Of a stretch of 64,000 bases of DNA, positions 37,881 to 46,973 are shown piece after piece (the stretch's first letter is position 1; each line of letters begins with the position of its first letter). The DNA is taken from NCBI GenBank assembly GCA_045540175.1, contig JAZQGU010000042.1, positions 50,109 through 114,108 of the forward strand, written 5' to 3'. Position numbers and translations under genes: made by a program. The notes under the pieces were generated by a model. It was not told the DNA's origin. It ran no database searches and saw only the letters and a list, made by a program, of their open reading frames with translations. The stretch is from Eubacteriales bacterium. GTDB lineage: Bacteria > Bacillota > Clostridia > Oscillospirales > CAG-272.

Positions 37881-38714
37881 ATGACTAAAAGCATAACCTT
37901 TACGCGTCCCGATCATTTTGATCTTGATCTTATTTTCGACTGCGGTCAGTCTTTTCGCTTTGTAAAAAGCAGCGACTGCTCGTATTCGGGAATTGCATTC
38001 GGGCGCGCTGTGGATTTCATTCAGAAGGAAAATGAGATCACTATAGTCGGTGCCGATGAAAGTGATTTTGAGAACATTTGGAAAAGCTATCTTGCCCTCG
38101 ATATTGATTATCCCGCTTTAAGACAAGAGATCGTTTTATCGCGTCCCGATGACGCCGTTCTTAAAAGCGCAATGGAATACGGGTCGGGAATACGCCTGCT
38201 TCGCCAGGAAAAGTGGGAAACGCTTTGCTCGTTTATTATTTCGCAGAATAATAATATTCCCCGTATCCGTTCGCTTGTAGAGGCGATTTCGCGCGAATAC
38301 GGAGACAAAATTGATTCTTACAGTATTGGTGAATTCTATTCTTTTCCGTCTGCCGAAAAGGTTGCTTCGATCGGCATAGATAAGCTCAGAGAGTTGAAGG
38401 TCGGATTCCGCGCCCCCTACATACATGATGCTGCTACCAAAGTCGCTTCGGGAGAAATTGATCTTGAGGCTCTTGATGAGCTCTCAACCGACGAGCTTCT
38501 GAATGCCCTTATGAGCATAAAGGGCGTCGGACTTAAGGTCGCTTCCTGTGTTGCGCTGTTCGCTTACGGGCGGCTTGACTGCTTCCCCATCGACGTTTGG
38601 GTCAAGCGCGTGCTTGAAAAATACTATCCCGAGGGATTTGATCACACGGCTCTGCCGAATACCGCGGGACTCGTTCAGCAGTATCTTTTCTATTACGAAA
38701 GGTTTAAGCAATGA
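37881..38714 (+). CDS. ogg: 8-oxoguanine DNA glycosylase / HhH-GPD family (Ogg-type)
   Basis: OGG-like N-terminus (FDCGQSFRF) and an HhH-GPD element (IKGVGLKVASCVALF...FPIDVW). Confidence 0.8.
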   Translation: MTKSITFTRPDHFDLDLIFDCGQSFRFVKSSDCSYSGIAFGRAVDFIQKENEITIVGADESDFENIWKSYLALDIDYPALRQEIVLSRPDDAVLKSAMEYGSGIRLLRQEKWETLCSFIISQNNNIPRIRSLVEAISREYGDKIDSYSIGEFYSFPSAEKVASIGIDKLRELKVGFRAPYIHDAATKVASGEIDLEALDELSTDELLNALMSIKGVGLKVASCVALFAYGRLDCFPIDVWVKRVLEKYYPEGFDHTALPNTAGLVQQYLFYYERFKQ

Positions 38715-39886
38715 TAAAGCTTTTGGCTAAAATTTTCATAAAGGACAAAAACTATTCGGATTCTGCAGTGCGCTCGAAATACGGCGTTCTTTGCGGAATT
38801 GTCGGAATAATCCTTAATATTCTGCTTTGTTGTGCCAAGCTTGCGGTTTCGTTTATCACAGGTTCTGTTGCGATAAGCGCCGACGCATTCAATAACCTCG
38901 GCGATGCCGGTTCATCAGTTATTACGCTTATCGGCTTCAAGCTCGCCGATCAGAAGCCCGACGAGGGACACCCCTTCGGTCACGGAAGAATGGAGTATCT
39001 TTCGGCTCTCGTCGTATCGATGCTCATAATGCTTATGGGCTTTGAGCTCGGCAAAACCTCCGTATCGAAGATCGCAGATGGCGGAAGCCCTGTTTTCAGC
39101 TACGTTGCGATCATCGTTCTCGGAATGTCGGTTCTTGTCAAGCTGTATATTTTCCTTTACAACAGAAGCGTCGGCAAGAAGATAAATTCTCAGGCGATGA
39201 AGGCAACTGCCGTTGATTCGCTTACCGACTGCATTTCGACAGGTGCAGTTCTTATCTGTACAGTTCTTTCCCGATTCGTTGATTTCAACTTCGACGGATG
39301 GTGCGGACTCGTAATTTCCGCTTTCATTATTTTCTCGGGAATAAAGGCGGCAAAAGAGACGATCGATCCGCTTCTCGGCACCCCTCCGGATTCGGAATTT
39401 GTAAATGAGGTTCAGAGAATAGTTTTGACGTATCCCGAGATCGTAGGTATTCACGATCTCATCGTGCATAATTACGGTCCCGGAAGAATAATGCTAAGTC
39501 TTCACGCTGAGGTTTCGGAATCGATCGACATTCTCGTCGCTCACGACATTATCGATAATGCCGAGCAAAAGCTCAGCCGAGAGCTTAAGTGCAGTGCCGT
39601 TATACATCTTGACCCCATCGCAACCGACGACGAGGCTGTCGTTGACGTTCGTATGCGCGTAAGCGAGCTCGCAAAGGCAATTCACCCCGCCATTTCCATT
39701 CACGATTTCAGAATGGTTATCGGCGACAGTCACACAAATCTGATCTTTGATATGGCTGTTCCATATTCCGTTAAACGCGATGACGACGAACTTAAAGCTG
39801 AGATGGCAAGGCTTGTGAAAATTATTGATGATAAATATCTTACCGTGATCTGTATCGACAGAGAATTTGTAAAGGACGAGGAGTAA
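38711..39886 (+). CDS. Cation diffusion facilitator (CDF) family transporter
   Basis: 6 TM segments, SVAISADAFNNLGD and a HPFGHGRMEY-type motif, plus a C-terminal cytoplasmic domain. Confidence 0.9.
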   Translation: MIKLLAKIFIKDKNYSDSAVRSKYGVLCGIVGIILNILLCCAKLAVSFITGSVAISADAFNNLGDAGSSVITLIGFKLADQKPDEGHPFGHGRMEYLSALVVSMLIMLMGFELGKTSVSKIADGGSPVFSYVAIIVLGMSVLVKLYIFLYNRSVGKKINSQAMKATAVDSLTDCISTGAVLICTVLSRFVDFNFDGWCGLVISAFIIFSGIKAAKETIDPLLGTPPDSEFVNEVQRIVLTYPEIVGIHDLIVHNYGPGRIMLSLHAEVSESIDILVAHDIIDNAEQKLSRELKCSAVIHLDPIATDDEAVVDVRMRVSELAKAIHPAISIHDFRMVIGDSHTNLIFDMAVPYSVKRDDDELKAEMARLVKIIDDKYLTVICIDREFVKDEE

Positions 39887-39890
39887 TACC

Positions 39891-40247
39891 GTGGACTTTT
39901 GGAAGGAATTTTCTAAAACCGTATCCAGTGCGGCGGAGGGTACCGTCAAGGGTGCCGAAAAGCTGACAGATATGGCAAAGCTGAAATACAAATTATCGTC
40001 GCTCAATACTAAATTGACCGACGCTTACACCGAGGTCGGAAAATTAAAGTATTCCGAGAAAAACGGTGACGCCGTTTCAGGTGATACTTATTCGGAGCTT
40101 TTTAGCAGGATAGACGAGCTGAATCTGCAGATCACGGAGGCAGAAACTGAGCTTTACGACCTTATGTGCTTCGTTTCTTGTCCGAAATGCGGCACGAGAA
40201 TGAAGAAGGACTGCCGTTACTGCCCCAAATGTGGTGAGAGGCGTTAA
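39891..40247 (+). CDS. Small coiled-coil protein with C-terminal zinc ribbon
   Basis: GTG start after GAGGAG. C-terminal CPKCG-x9-CRYCPKCG. Confidence 0.55.
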   Translation: MDFWKEFSKTVSSAAEGTVKGAEKLTDMAKLKYKLSSLNTKLTDAYTEVGKLKYSEKNGDAVSGDTYSELFSRIDELNLQITEAETELYDLMCFVSCPKCGTRMKKDCRYCPKCGERR

Positions 40248-40253
40248 TACGAA

Positions 40254-42155
40254 ATGATTGCTCTCAACTGTGAAAACATCTCTCTTTCCTTTGGCGTTGA
40301 CGCTGTTTTGACCGACGTTTCTTTCTCTGTTCAGGAGGGGGAAAAGCTGGGCATCATTGGCGTGAACGGCGCGGGGAAGTCGTCACTCTTCTCGATAATA
40401 TCGGGAAAGCGTGAGCCGAGCAGCGGTGCTTATTATATTGCGAAAAACCATACAGTCGGTATGCTTGAGCAGAATATTGCTTACGAAAGCTCAAAAACGA
40501 TTCTTGAAGAAGCATATTCGGCTTTTTCCGATCTGATTGAGGACGAAAAAAAGCTTGAAGAGCTGAGAATAAAGGCTCAAAGTAGCGGAAGCGAAGAGGA
40601 TGCAAGGCGCTTTTCTTCTCTTCAGGAAAGCTTTACTCAGCGCGGCGGATACGAATTCAGAGGCAGATGCAAGGGTATTCTTAAAAACCTCGGCCTCCCC
40701 GAGCAGATCTGGGACAAGCCCGTTTCTTCTCTCAGCGGAGGACAAAAAACGAGGCTTTCGCTCACCTGCCTGCTTCTTACAGATCCCGATATTCTTATGC
40801 TCGACGAGCCTACAAACCATCTTGACGTCTCGGCTCTCTTTTGGCTTGAAAGCTATCTTAAGGCAAGCAAAAAGACGGTTCTTATTATTTCGCACGACCG
40901 TTATTTTCTTGACAGCATCGTCGATTCCGTGCTTGAAATCGAAAACTGCAAGGGCAAGGTATATAAGGGAAATTACACCGATTACGTCAAGCAAAAAGAA
41001 GTCGACCGCGAGCTCGAGGAGCGTCACTACCGAAATCAACAGAAGGAAATAAAGCGAATTGAGGCGTATATTGAGCAGCAGAGGCGCTGGAACCGCGAGC
41101 GAAACATAATTGCCGCAGAGAGCCGTCAGAAGCAGCTTGATAAGATGGAAAAGCTTGATAAGCCCGAGGCGCTTCCCGATACAGTCCGCATGCGTTTTGA
41201 GCTTTCGGGCGAAAGCGGGAACGACGTGATGTCGGTAAGCCGACTTCGCAAGGCATATCCTTCAAGACCGCTTTTTGACAACGTGACGTTTCAGGTAAAA
41301 AAGCACGACCGTCTTTTCATCACGGGAGAAAACGGATGCGGAAAGTCAACGCTCATCAAGATCCTCGCAGGACGGCTTGGTGCTGATTTCGGATCCGTGC
41401 TTCTTGGCTCAAACGTGAAGATCGGTTACTACGATCAGGAAAACCAGGATCTTCATCCGTCAAGCACCGTTCTTGATGAGCTTTGGAACACTTATCCGAC
41501 AATGACAGAAACGCTTCTTCGCAACACGCTTGCATTGTTTCTCTTCAAGGGCGACGACGTTTACAAACGCGTGTCGCTTCTCAGCGGCGGCGAAAAGGCG
41601 CGCTTGACCCTTGCAAAGCTGATGCTCTCGAAAATGAATCTGCTCATTCTCGACGAGCCGACGAACCACCTTGACATCGTTTCGCGTGAGCGTCTTGAAA
41701 AGGCGATAGCCGAGTTTGAGGGAACGGTAATTGCCGTCTCGCACGACCGTTATTTTGTTAACAAGCTTGCAACTCGAATTGCCGATTTCGGAACCTTTGA
41801 AAGCGGCAGCGTATACGTCTACGAGGGCAACTATCAGTCGTTCCTTGATTACAAAAAGTCTCTTCAGGCAGGCGACGGTAAAACCGCCAAGGTCGAGGTA
41901 ATGACTGCCTCGAAGGAGCAATATCTGAGCGCCAAGCGCGACCTTGCTGACAAGAGAAAACAGGAGCGCAAGATAAATAAAGCCAAAGAAGATATTGAAA
42001 AGCTTGAAAAACGCATTGAGGAAATTAACGATGAAATGTCGGGAGATGCGGCGTTTGACCACGTCAAGCTCGCTTCCCTTTCGACTGAGCTCGAGGAATG
42101 CGAAGAAAAATTGATGGAGCTATACGAGCTTCTTGACGGCTTATCCGAGCTGTAA
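40254..42155 (+). CDS. ABC-F family ATPase (Uup/YfmR-like) with C-terminal coiled coil
   Basis: Two ABC cassettes (GVNGAGKSS; GENGCGKST; LSGGQK/LSGGEK), 633 aa, Lys/Glu-rich C-terminus. Confidence 0.9.
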   Translation: MIALNCENISLSFGVDAVLTDVSFSVQEGEKLGIIGVNGAGKSSLFSIISGKREPSSGAYYIAKNHTVGMLEQNIAYESSKTILEEAYSAFSDLIEDEKKLEELRIKAQSSGSEEDARRFSSLQESFTQRGGYEFRGRCKGILKNLGLPEQIWDKPVSSLSGGQKTRLSLTCLLLTDPDILMLDEPTNHLDVSALFWLESYLKASKKTVLIISHDRYFLDSIVDSVLEIENCKGKVYKGNYTDYVKQKEVDRELEERHYRNQQKEIKRIEAYIEQQRRWNRERNIIAAESRQKQLDKMEKLDKPEALPDTVRMRFELSGESGNDVMSVSRLRKAYPSRPLFDNVTFQVKKHDRLFITGENGCGKSTLIKILAGRLGADFGSVLLGSNVKIGYYDQENQDLHPSSTVLDELWNTYPTMTETLLRNTLALFLFKGDDVYKRVSLLSGGEKARLTLAKLMLSKMNLLILDEPTNHLDIVSRERLEKAIAEFEGTVIAVSHDRYFVNKLATRIADFGTFESGSVYVYEGNYQSFLDYKKSLQAGDGKTAKVEVMTASKEQYLSAKRDLADKRKQERKINKAKEDIEKLEKRIEEINDEMSGDAAFDHVKLASLSTELEECEEKLMELYELLDGLSEL

Positions 42156-42157
42156 AA

Positions 42158-42187
42158 AATAACCTGCGGTTTTTTCCGCAGGTTATT
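42158..42187 (+). terminator. Hairpin after ABC-F gene (weak U-tract)
   Basis: AATAACCTGCGG-TTTTTT-CCGCAGGTTATT. Confidence 0.45.
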
Positions 42188-42208
42188 AAAATATTTTGCA
42201 AAAAACAC

Positions 42209-42237
42209 TTGACAAATCGGTTTTTATCTGTTATAAT
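42209..42237 (+). promoter_or_regulatory. Consensus sigmaA promoter (TTGACA-17-TATAAT) for tRNA-Thr
   Basis: Hexamers at 42209-42214 and 42232-42237. The tRNA begins 14 nt downstream. Confidence 0.75.
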
Positions 42238-42250
42238 ATCAACCGTTGAC

Positions 42251-42326
42251 GCTGCTATGGCTCAGTTGGTAGAGCACATCCTTGGTAAGGATGAGGTCAT
42301 CAGTTCGACTCTGATTAGCAGCTCCA
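42251..42326 (+). tRNA. tRNA-Thr (anticodon GGT), CCA encoded
   Basis: Manual cloverleaf: acceptor GCTGCTA/TAGCAGC, D-arm GCTC..GAGC, anticodon stem CATCC/GGATG with loop TTGGTAA, T-arm ATCAG-TTCGACT-CTGAT. Confidence 0.9.
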
Positions 42327-42327
42327 G

Positions 42328-42357
42328 CCCCGCACAATTGTGCGGGGTTTTGTTTTT
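42328..42357 (+). terminator. Intrinsic terminator after tRNA-Thr
   Basis: CCCCGCACAA/TTGTGCGGGG palindrome followed by TTTTGTTTTT. Confidence 0.8.
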
Positions 42358-42422
42358 GCCTTATTGACATCTATCGTTTTTTGCTTTATAATTATAGCAT
42401 ACTATATAAAGGCGGTTATATT

Positions 42423-42920
42423 ATGGACAACAACGTTACTGAAAACAATTCCCGCGAAAACCTGCTTCTCGGTATTGTAGGCGCTCTTCTTTTCTCGCTT
42501 ATCGGCGGAGTCGTTTATTTTTTGCTTAATTATGTCGGATACATTGCGGCGATCAGCGGATTCGTAACCGTTTACTGCGCGATCTTAGGTTATAAGCTCT
42601 TCGCAAAAGGACTGAGCAAAAAGGGCATTATCGTCTCCGTTATTATTGCGGCGCTGATAATTGTCGTTTCCTGGTATTTATGCTTCTGCTGCGATATGCT
42701 GAATGTTTATGAAGATCTCATCAAACAGGGAGAGCTCATTGGCGAGCCTCCTACGTTCTTTGAATATCTCCCTTACGGCTTTTATGATCTCACCGTCAAT
42801 CCCACCGTATTTGTCGATCTCGTGCTGAGCCTCGTACTCGGTGCAGTTGGCTGCTTTAGCTACGTTAAGGGGCTTTGGGGCACCGTGAAGACAGTTAAGA
42901 AGGAAGATAATAACGCTTAA
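42423..42920 (+). CDS. Hypothetical 4-TM membrane protein
   Basis: ATG at 42423 (MDNNVTENN...). Hydrophobic segments throughout. No family recognised. Confidence 0.55.
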   Translation: MDNNVTENNSRENLLLGIVGALLFSLIGGVVYFLLNYVGYIAAISGFVTVYCAILGYKLFAKGLSKKGIIVSVIIAALIIVVSWYLCFCCDMLNVYEDLIKQGELIGEPPTFFEYLPYGFYDLTVNPTVFVDLVLSLVLGAVGCFSYVKGLWGTVKTVKKEDNNA

Positions 42921-42921
42921 C

Positions 42922-43293
42922 ATGGCATCACTGCGAAAACCTGCTCTTGAGTATGCCTTGAATGAATACGGAACATCTGCCGAATACCCTTGGGAAAGCG
43001 CTCCCGAATATGCGGTACTGCGCCACGAAAACGGCAAATGGTATGCTGTTATAATGAACATTTCCCCGAGCAAGCTCGGGCTTAAGGACGACGGGTATAT
43101 TGACGTGATGAACGTAAAATGCGATCCGTTTCTACTCAGCACGTTTCTTTCCCGTAACGGATTTTTCCCGCCTTATCACATGGCGAAGAACAGCAACTGG
43201 ATAACAGTCTCACTTGACGGCAGTATCGATATTGAACAGGTCAAATTTATGCTCGATATGAGCTATGAGATAATTGATAAAAAGAAAAAATGA
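42922..43293 (+). CDS. MmcQ/YjbR family DNA-binding protein
   Basis: 123 aa. YPWE......LRH..NGKWYA pattern. Confidence 0.75.
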   Translation: MASLRKPALEYALNEYGTSAEYPWESAPEYAVLRHENGKWYAVIMNISPSKLGLKDDGYIDVMNVKCDPFLLSTFLSRNGFFPPYHMAKNSNWITVSLDGSIDIEQVKFMLDMSYEIIDKKKK

Positions 43294-43326
43294 CCGTCGC
43301 GCGAATAGCGCGACGGTCATTTTTTA
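43291..43326. terminator. Bidirectional terminator between convergent genes
   Basis: TGACCGTCGCGC-GAAT-(A)GCGCGACGGTCA, with T-runs on both strands. Confidence 0.75.
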
Positions 43327-43668
43327 CTGCTCTGTATTCTGCTTTTTCTCGGAAAGACCGACGACCTTATCAACGGGAAGCGCAAAAGCTATTCCCTGCC
43401 CGGGCGTATTAAGACCGACCTCTTTATAGAGCGCGTGGAGGATCGCGTCGCGGTTTTCCTTATTCACGATTATCATAACGATCTCCTTATCCGGCTCGAT
43501 CGTTATATTAAACATTTTTTCGGCTTCCGCGCCTGCGGTTCCGCGGGCGTGGATAACCGTTCCGCCGCCTGCGCCCTGCGCTCTTGCCGCGTCCATAGCG
43601 GTCTCGGAGAAGCCCGCATTTACTATACATAAAATTACTTCATGTGTATTTTTCATTGTCTTTCTCAC
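43324..43668 (-). CDS. PII-like signalling protein (paralog B)
   Basis: About 110 aa with a beta-alpha-beta layout. The T-loop-like segment is ARGTAGAEAEKMF. C-terminal GQGIAFALPV echoes the GlnB B-loop GDGKIFV. GTG at 43668 overlaps the upstream stop (GTGA). An alternative ATG lies at 43656. Confidence 0.7.
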   Translation of the reverse strand: MRKTMKNTHEVILCIVNAGFSETAMDAARAQGAGGGTVIHARGTAGAEAEKMFNITIEPDKEIVMIIVNKENRDAILHALYKEVGLNTPGQGIAFALPVDKVVGLSEKKQNTEQ

Positions 43669-44051
43669 TTTCCGCTGTTCGATAGGAACTGATATATTGC
43701 GACGCCGATAACTCCTGTCATCGGAACCGTGTATGCGATTCCCTTGCCGTTTTTAACGGTATTGAACTTATCTTCAAGGAAACGGAGCGCCATATCTTCC
43801 TTATCTTCTCTTATGACACTGAATATTACCGTTTTATCGGTGTCGGTAAGTCCGAGATACGTGAGCATATCGGAGCTTGCCGTCCCCGACGCCGCCATCG
43901 ACATCTGCATATTAACTTCAAAACCGCTTAAATAATCGAGAAAAAGCTCGGTCTTTGAACGGTTTATGATAGTAACCAGCAATTTGAGCTTCGGTGGAAG
44001 GAGCTTCTTTTGTCTTGGCGCAGAGGGCCTTTTAGTTTGTTTTTTATCCAT
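43665..44051 (-). CDS. PII-like signalling protein (paralog A) with basic N-terminal extension
   Basis: ATG at 44051 after GAGGGGGG. Core LLVTIINRSK...GKGIAYTVPM. Confidence 0.7.
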   Translation of the reverse strand: MDKKQTKRPSAPRQKKLLPPKLKLLVTIINRSKTELFLDYLSGFEVNMQMSMAASGTASSDMLTYLGLTDTDKTVIFSVIREDKEDMALRFLEDKFNTVKNGKGIAYTVPMTGVIGVAIYQFLSNSGK

Positions 44052-44064
44052 TTCAGTTCCCCCC

Positions 44065-45591
44065 TCACACAAAATTGATTATCTGCTCGTCATCGGAGCT
44101 GAGAATGCGCTTCATCGCTATCTTTTCTCTTACGCGCTTGCTGAGTATCGCTCTGAAGCCGAGCGCCTGGATCGTGATAAGGGGCGTCATTGCTACCATT
44201 GCGACGATACCGAAGGCGTCTGTCATTACCTTATCTCCGCCCTGGAGAGTCATACATACACCGACTGCGAACGGTAGAATGAAGGTTGACGTAAGCGGAC
44301 CGCTTGCGACTCCGCCCGAGTCGAACGCGATTGCAGAATAAAGTCCGGGAACGAAGAAGGAAAGGCCGAGAGCGATAAAGTATCCCGGGATCATATAGTA
44401 AAGGATACTGAAATCGAATACTATTCTTATCATCGAAAGTCCGATAGACACACCGACACCGATAGACAGCGCGAGCATCATCGACTTTTTGCTGACCGCG
44501 CCACTCGTCACTTCCTCGACCTGACGGTTAAGAACGTGTACTGCCGGCTCGGCAAGGACTACGACCATTCCGATAATAAAGCCGAAGACTATTACGAATG
44601 CGGGATTTGACTTTGCAAGCTCTGTTCCCATCTTATAACCGATTGGCATAAAACCGATCGTTACTGCTGTGAGGAACACTACTAGTCCGAGAACTGTATA
44701 GAATATACCGACTGCTATCGTCAGAAGCTTCTTCTTCGGTAGCTTGAGAACGAATATCTGAAGGACGATAAAGAAGAGGACGACAAGTCCTATTGCGATC
44801 GCAACCTCCTCCGTTACCGAAAGCAGCGTTTTGAAGATATTGCCTCCGAGGTTATCCGCAACCGTCGAATAGGACGGCGCGGGCGGCATTTCGTTCTTTG
44901 CGAAGATGCCGAGGGTCATAACCGCGAGGATTGGTCCGATCGAACACATCGCTATAAGACCGAAGCTGTTTTCACCTACGTTTTTACCACCGAGAGTCGC
45001 CGCGATACCGACGCCGAGCGCCATTATGAACGGTACCGTTATCGGTCCCGTCGTTACTCCGCCCGAATCGAACGCAAGTGCGAGGAAGCCGTTATTACCG
45101 TTTATTATAACAAGCGAGGTTATCGCAAAAAGAAGCATATAGAAGAATATGAGCAGAGAGGAAAGCGGCTTATGGAATATTATTTTCAGCACCGAGAGGA
45201 CAAGGAATATTCCGACGCCGATTCCGACAGTAACTATTAGCAGGGTCGGGTTTATCATTTTTTCGACCTGCCCTGCGAGCACCGAAAGATCGGGCTCTGC
45301 GACCGTTATAAGCAGTCCCATTGCGAAGCAGACCGAAAGGAGCAGAGCTATCTTCTTTGACTTAGCAAGGCCCGCACCGATATGCTCGCCCATCGGCGTC
45401 ATTGCGATATCGGCACCGAGGTTAAAGAGACCTATCCCGAGAATAAGAAAAGCTGACGATATCAGAAATACCGTCATTTCGGTGCTTGTGAAATTTACAA
45501 TAGGCGTCAGGTTCAAAAGAAAAACGATCACACTTACCGGAAGTACCGATACGAGTGCTTCGTTCAGCTTTTTCAAAAGTATTTTATGCAC
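44065..45591 (-). CDS. Fused double DUF1538 integral membrane protein
   Basis: About 508 aa. Two homologous halves each contain AFDSGGVTTGPITVPF / AFDSGGVASGPLTSTF. GTG at 45591 after AGGAG. Confidence 0.8.
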   Translation of the reverse strand: MHKILLKKLNEALVSVLPVSVIVFLLNLTPIVNFTSTEMTVFLISSAFLILGIGLFNLGADIAMTPMGEHIGAGLAKSKKIALLLSVCFAMGLLITVAEPDLSVLAGQVEKMINPTLLIVTVGIGVGIFLVLSVLKIIFHKPLSSLLIFFYMLLFAITSLVIINGNNGFLALAFDSGGVTTGPITVPFIMALGVGIAATLGGKNVGENSFGLIAMCSIGPILAVMTLGIFAKNEMPPAPSYSTVADNLGGNIFKTLLSVTEEVAIAIGLVVLFFIVLQIFVLKLPKKKLLTIAVGIFYTVLGLVVFLTAVTIGFMPIGYKMGTELAKSNPAFVIVFGFIIGMVVVLAEPAVHVLNRQVEEVTSGAVSKKSMMLALSIGVGVSIGLSMIRIVFDFSILYYMIPGYFIALGLSFFVPGLYSAIAFDSGGVASGPLTSTFILPFAVGVCMTLQGGDKVMTDAFGIVAMVAMTPLITIQALGFRAILSKRVREKIAMKRILSSDDEQIINFV

Positions 45592-45631
45592 TTTTCTTCT
45601 CTCCTTCGGCTTTACTTGATTACTGTAATAA

Positions 45632-45660
45632 ATTATATCATAATGACAGAAAAAATGCAA
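45632..45660 (-). promoter_or_regulatory. Candidate sigmaA promoter (TTGCAT-17-TATAAT, TG-extended) for DUF1538/PII operon
   Basis: Minus-strand hexamers at 45660-45655 and 45637-45632. Confidence 0.55.
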
Positions 45661-45680
45661 ATGATATCAGTTAACAATTT

Positions 45681-45715
45681 GTAAAGAATAAGCGCCTTCA
45701 AAGTGGAAGGCGCTT
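45681..45715 (-). terminator. Probable terminator after anti-sigma gene
   Basis: AAGCGCCTTC/GAAGGCGCTT stem. On the minus strand it is followed by ATTCTTTAC. Confidence 0.5.
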
Positions 45716-45719
45716 ATAT

Positions 45720-46973
45720 TTATTCTTCTATACGGACTCTGCCGAGTATTTCGTCAAACAAATATGTCATTCCTGCTGACGAATTGACGTCGATTATTTC
45801 GCCGCCTGCTATGCGAAGCTCGATCGAGTATCTTCTCTCGACCTCTTCTCCCCTCTCGTTGAAGCGCTCAACACAGCTGATTTCTACTACCCAGCCGTCC
45901 TTTTTATAGACGTCCTTGACCTTATTGTACTCGAACTTATAGCCGCGCTCGTTATAGAGCTCCATTCTCTTCACGAAATCCTCGCGGCGGTGTTCGTTAT
46001 ACTCCTTGCAAGTCATTTTCAGCTCTTCTTCGTAGAATTCAAGGAAGTTTTCCTTCGCCTTTTCAGCATTGTCTTCTATATAAGATTTTGCGTCGTCGTA
46101 GATTTCTTTATTAACGACTGCTGACACGCCAATTATCATAGGTGCATTAAATGTAAGATCGGCACCGATAGGCGTGCTGTTTACTGAATAATAAACACCG
46201 TACTCGGTTTCGTGGCGGTAGAAGAACCAAACTCTATCGCACTCAATTCCGTTTATTTTTCCGGGAATGATCGCGTTTTCTTCAAGATCCGCCATTTGGT
46301 AGTACTCCGTGACAAGCTCGTTCCAAATATGCTCGGGAATAAACGCCTCGGTCGGGAAATTCATCATTATCACAGACCAGAATTGCTTTTCGTTAAAGTT
46401 CGTTCTCCAACCGGTATACCCTGCTCTGTCAAGGATCTTGGCAAAGTCGCCCGAGATCGCGTAAACGTCATCGTTCTTGTCTATTACGACGGCGTCATCG
46501 TACCAGGTCGTGCCAAGACCTTCTTTTGCATTCATTATATCGCGGTAATCCTTTGTAAAGTCGAGATACTTTGCCGCTTTCTCGTACTCCCCTTTTTCGA
46601 TATGCTTGGCGAATGCGCGGGCAAGGTTTATTTCGTCGATATTGGAAAAGCAAATACCCTCTTGGTCTATCTCGTTTTTGATTAAGAACGAAGACAGAAT
46701 GATCGGAACGAGAAGGATAAGCGCAACCGTCGTGACCACAAAGCGCTTTCTTATCTTTTTAAAGCCCTTTTTAAGCACCTTTTCGCTTTGGATCGGCTCG
46801 GTATTCACGGTCTCGCTTACAAGCTCGTCGGTCTTTTTTATGCTTTCGAAAAGCTCACGGCAGTCTTCACATTCCTTAATATGCTCTTCGATAAACTCCT
46901 TCGTTTCGGGAGAGCATTCGCCCTCCGCGTATTGCCACATCAGGTCTTTTACTATCGCACAATACTTGCTCAT
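45720..46973 (-). CDS. zf-HC2 anti-sigma factor with single TM and about 300-aa extracellular domain of unknown family
   Basis: N-terminal H-x3-C-x2-C (HIKECEDC), TM helix at about residues 80-100. Overlaps the sigma gene stop by 4 nt. Confidence 0.75.
   Translation of the reverse strand: MSKYCAIVKDLMWQYAEGECSPETKEFIEEHIKECEDCRELFESIKKTDELVSETVNTEPIQSEKVLKKGFKKIRKRFVVTTVALILLVPIILSSFLIKNEIDQEGICFSNIDEINLARAFAKHIEKGEYEKAAKYLDFTKDYRDIMNAKEGLGTTWYDDAVVIDKNDDVYAISGDFAKILDRAGYTGWRTNFNEKQFWSVIMMNFPTEAFIPEHIWNELVTEYYQMADLEENAIIPGKINGIECDRVWFFYRHETEYGVYYSVNSTPIGADLTFNAPMIIGVSAVVNKEIYDDAKSYIEDNAEKAKENFLEFYEEELKMTCKEYNEHRREDFVKRMELYNERGYKFEYNKVKDVYKKDGWVVEISCVERFNERGEEVERRYSIELRIAGGEIIDVNSSAGMTYLFDEILGRVRIEE

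Noticed and set aside
42251-42326. tRNA-Thr as an integration hotspot for a genomic island
   Set aside because: There is no integrase, no direct repeat of the tRNA 3' end and no mobility gene on either side. The tRNA has its own promoter and terminator.
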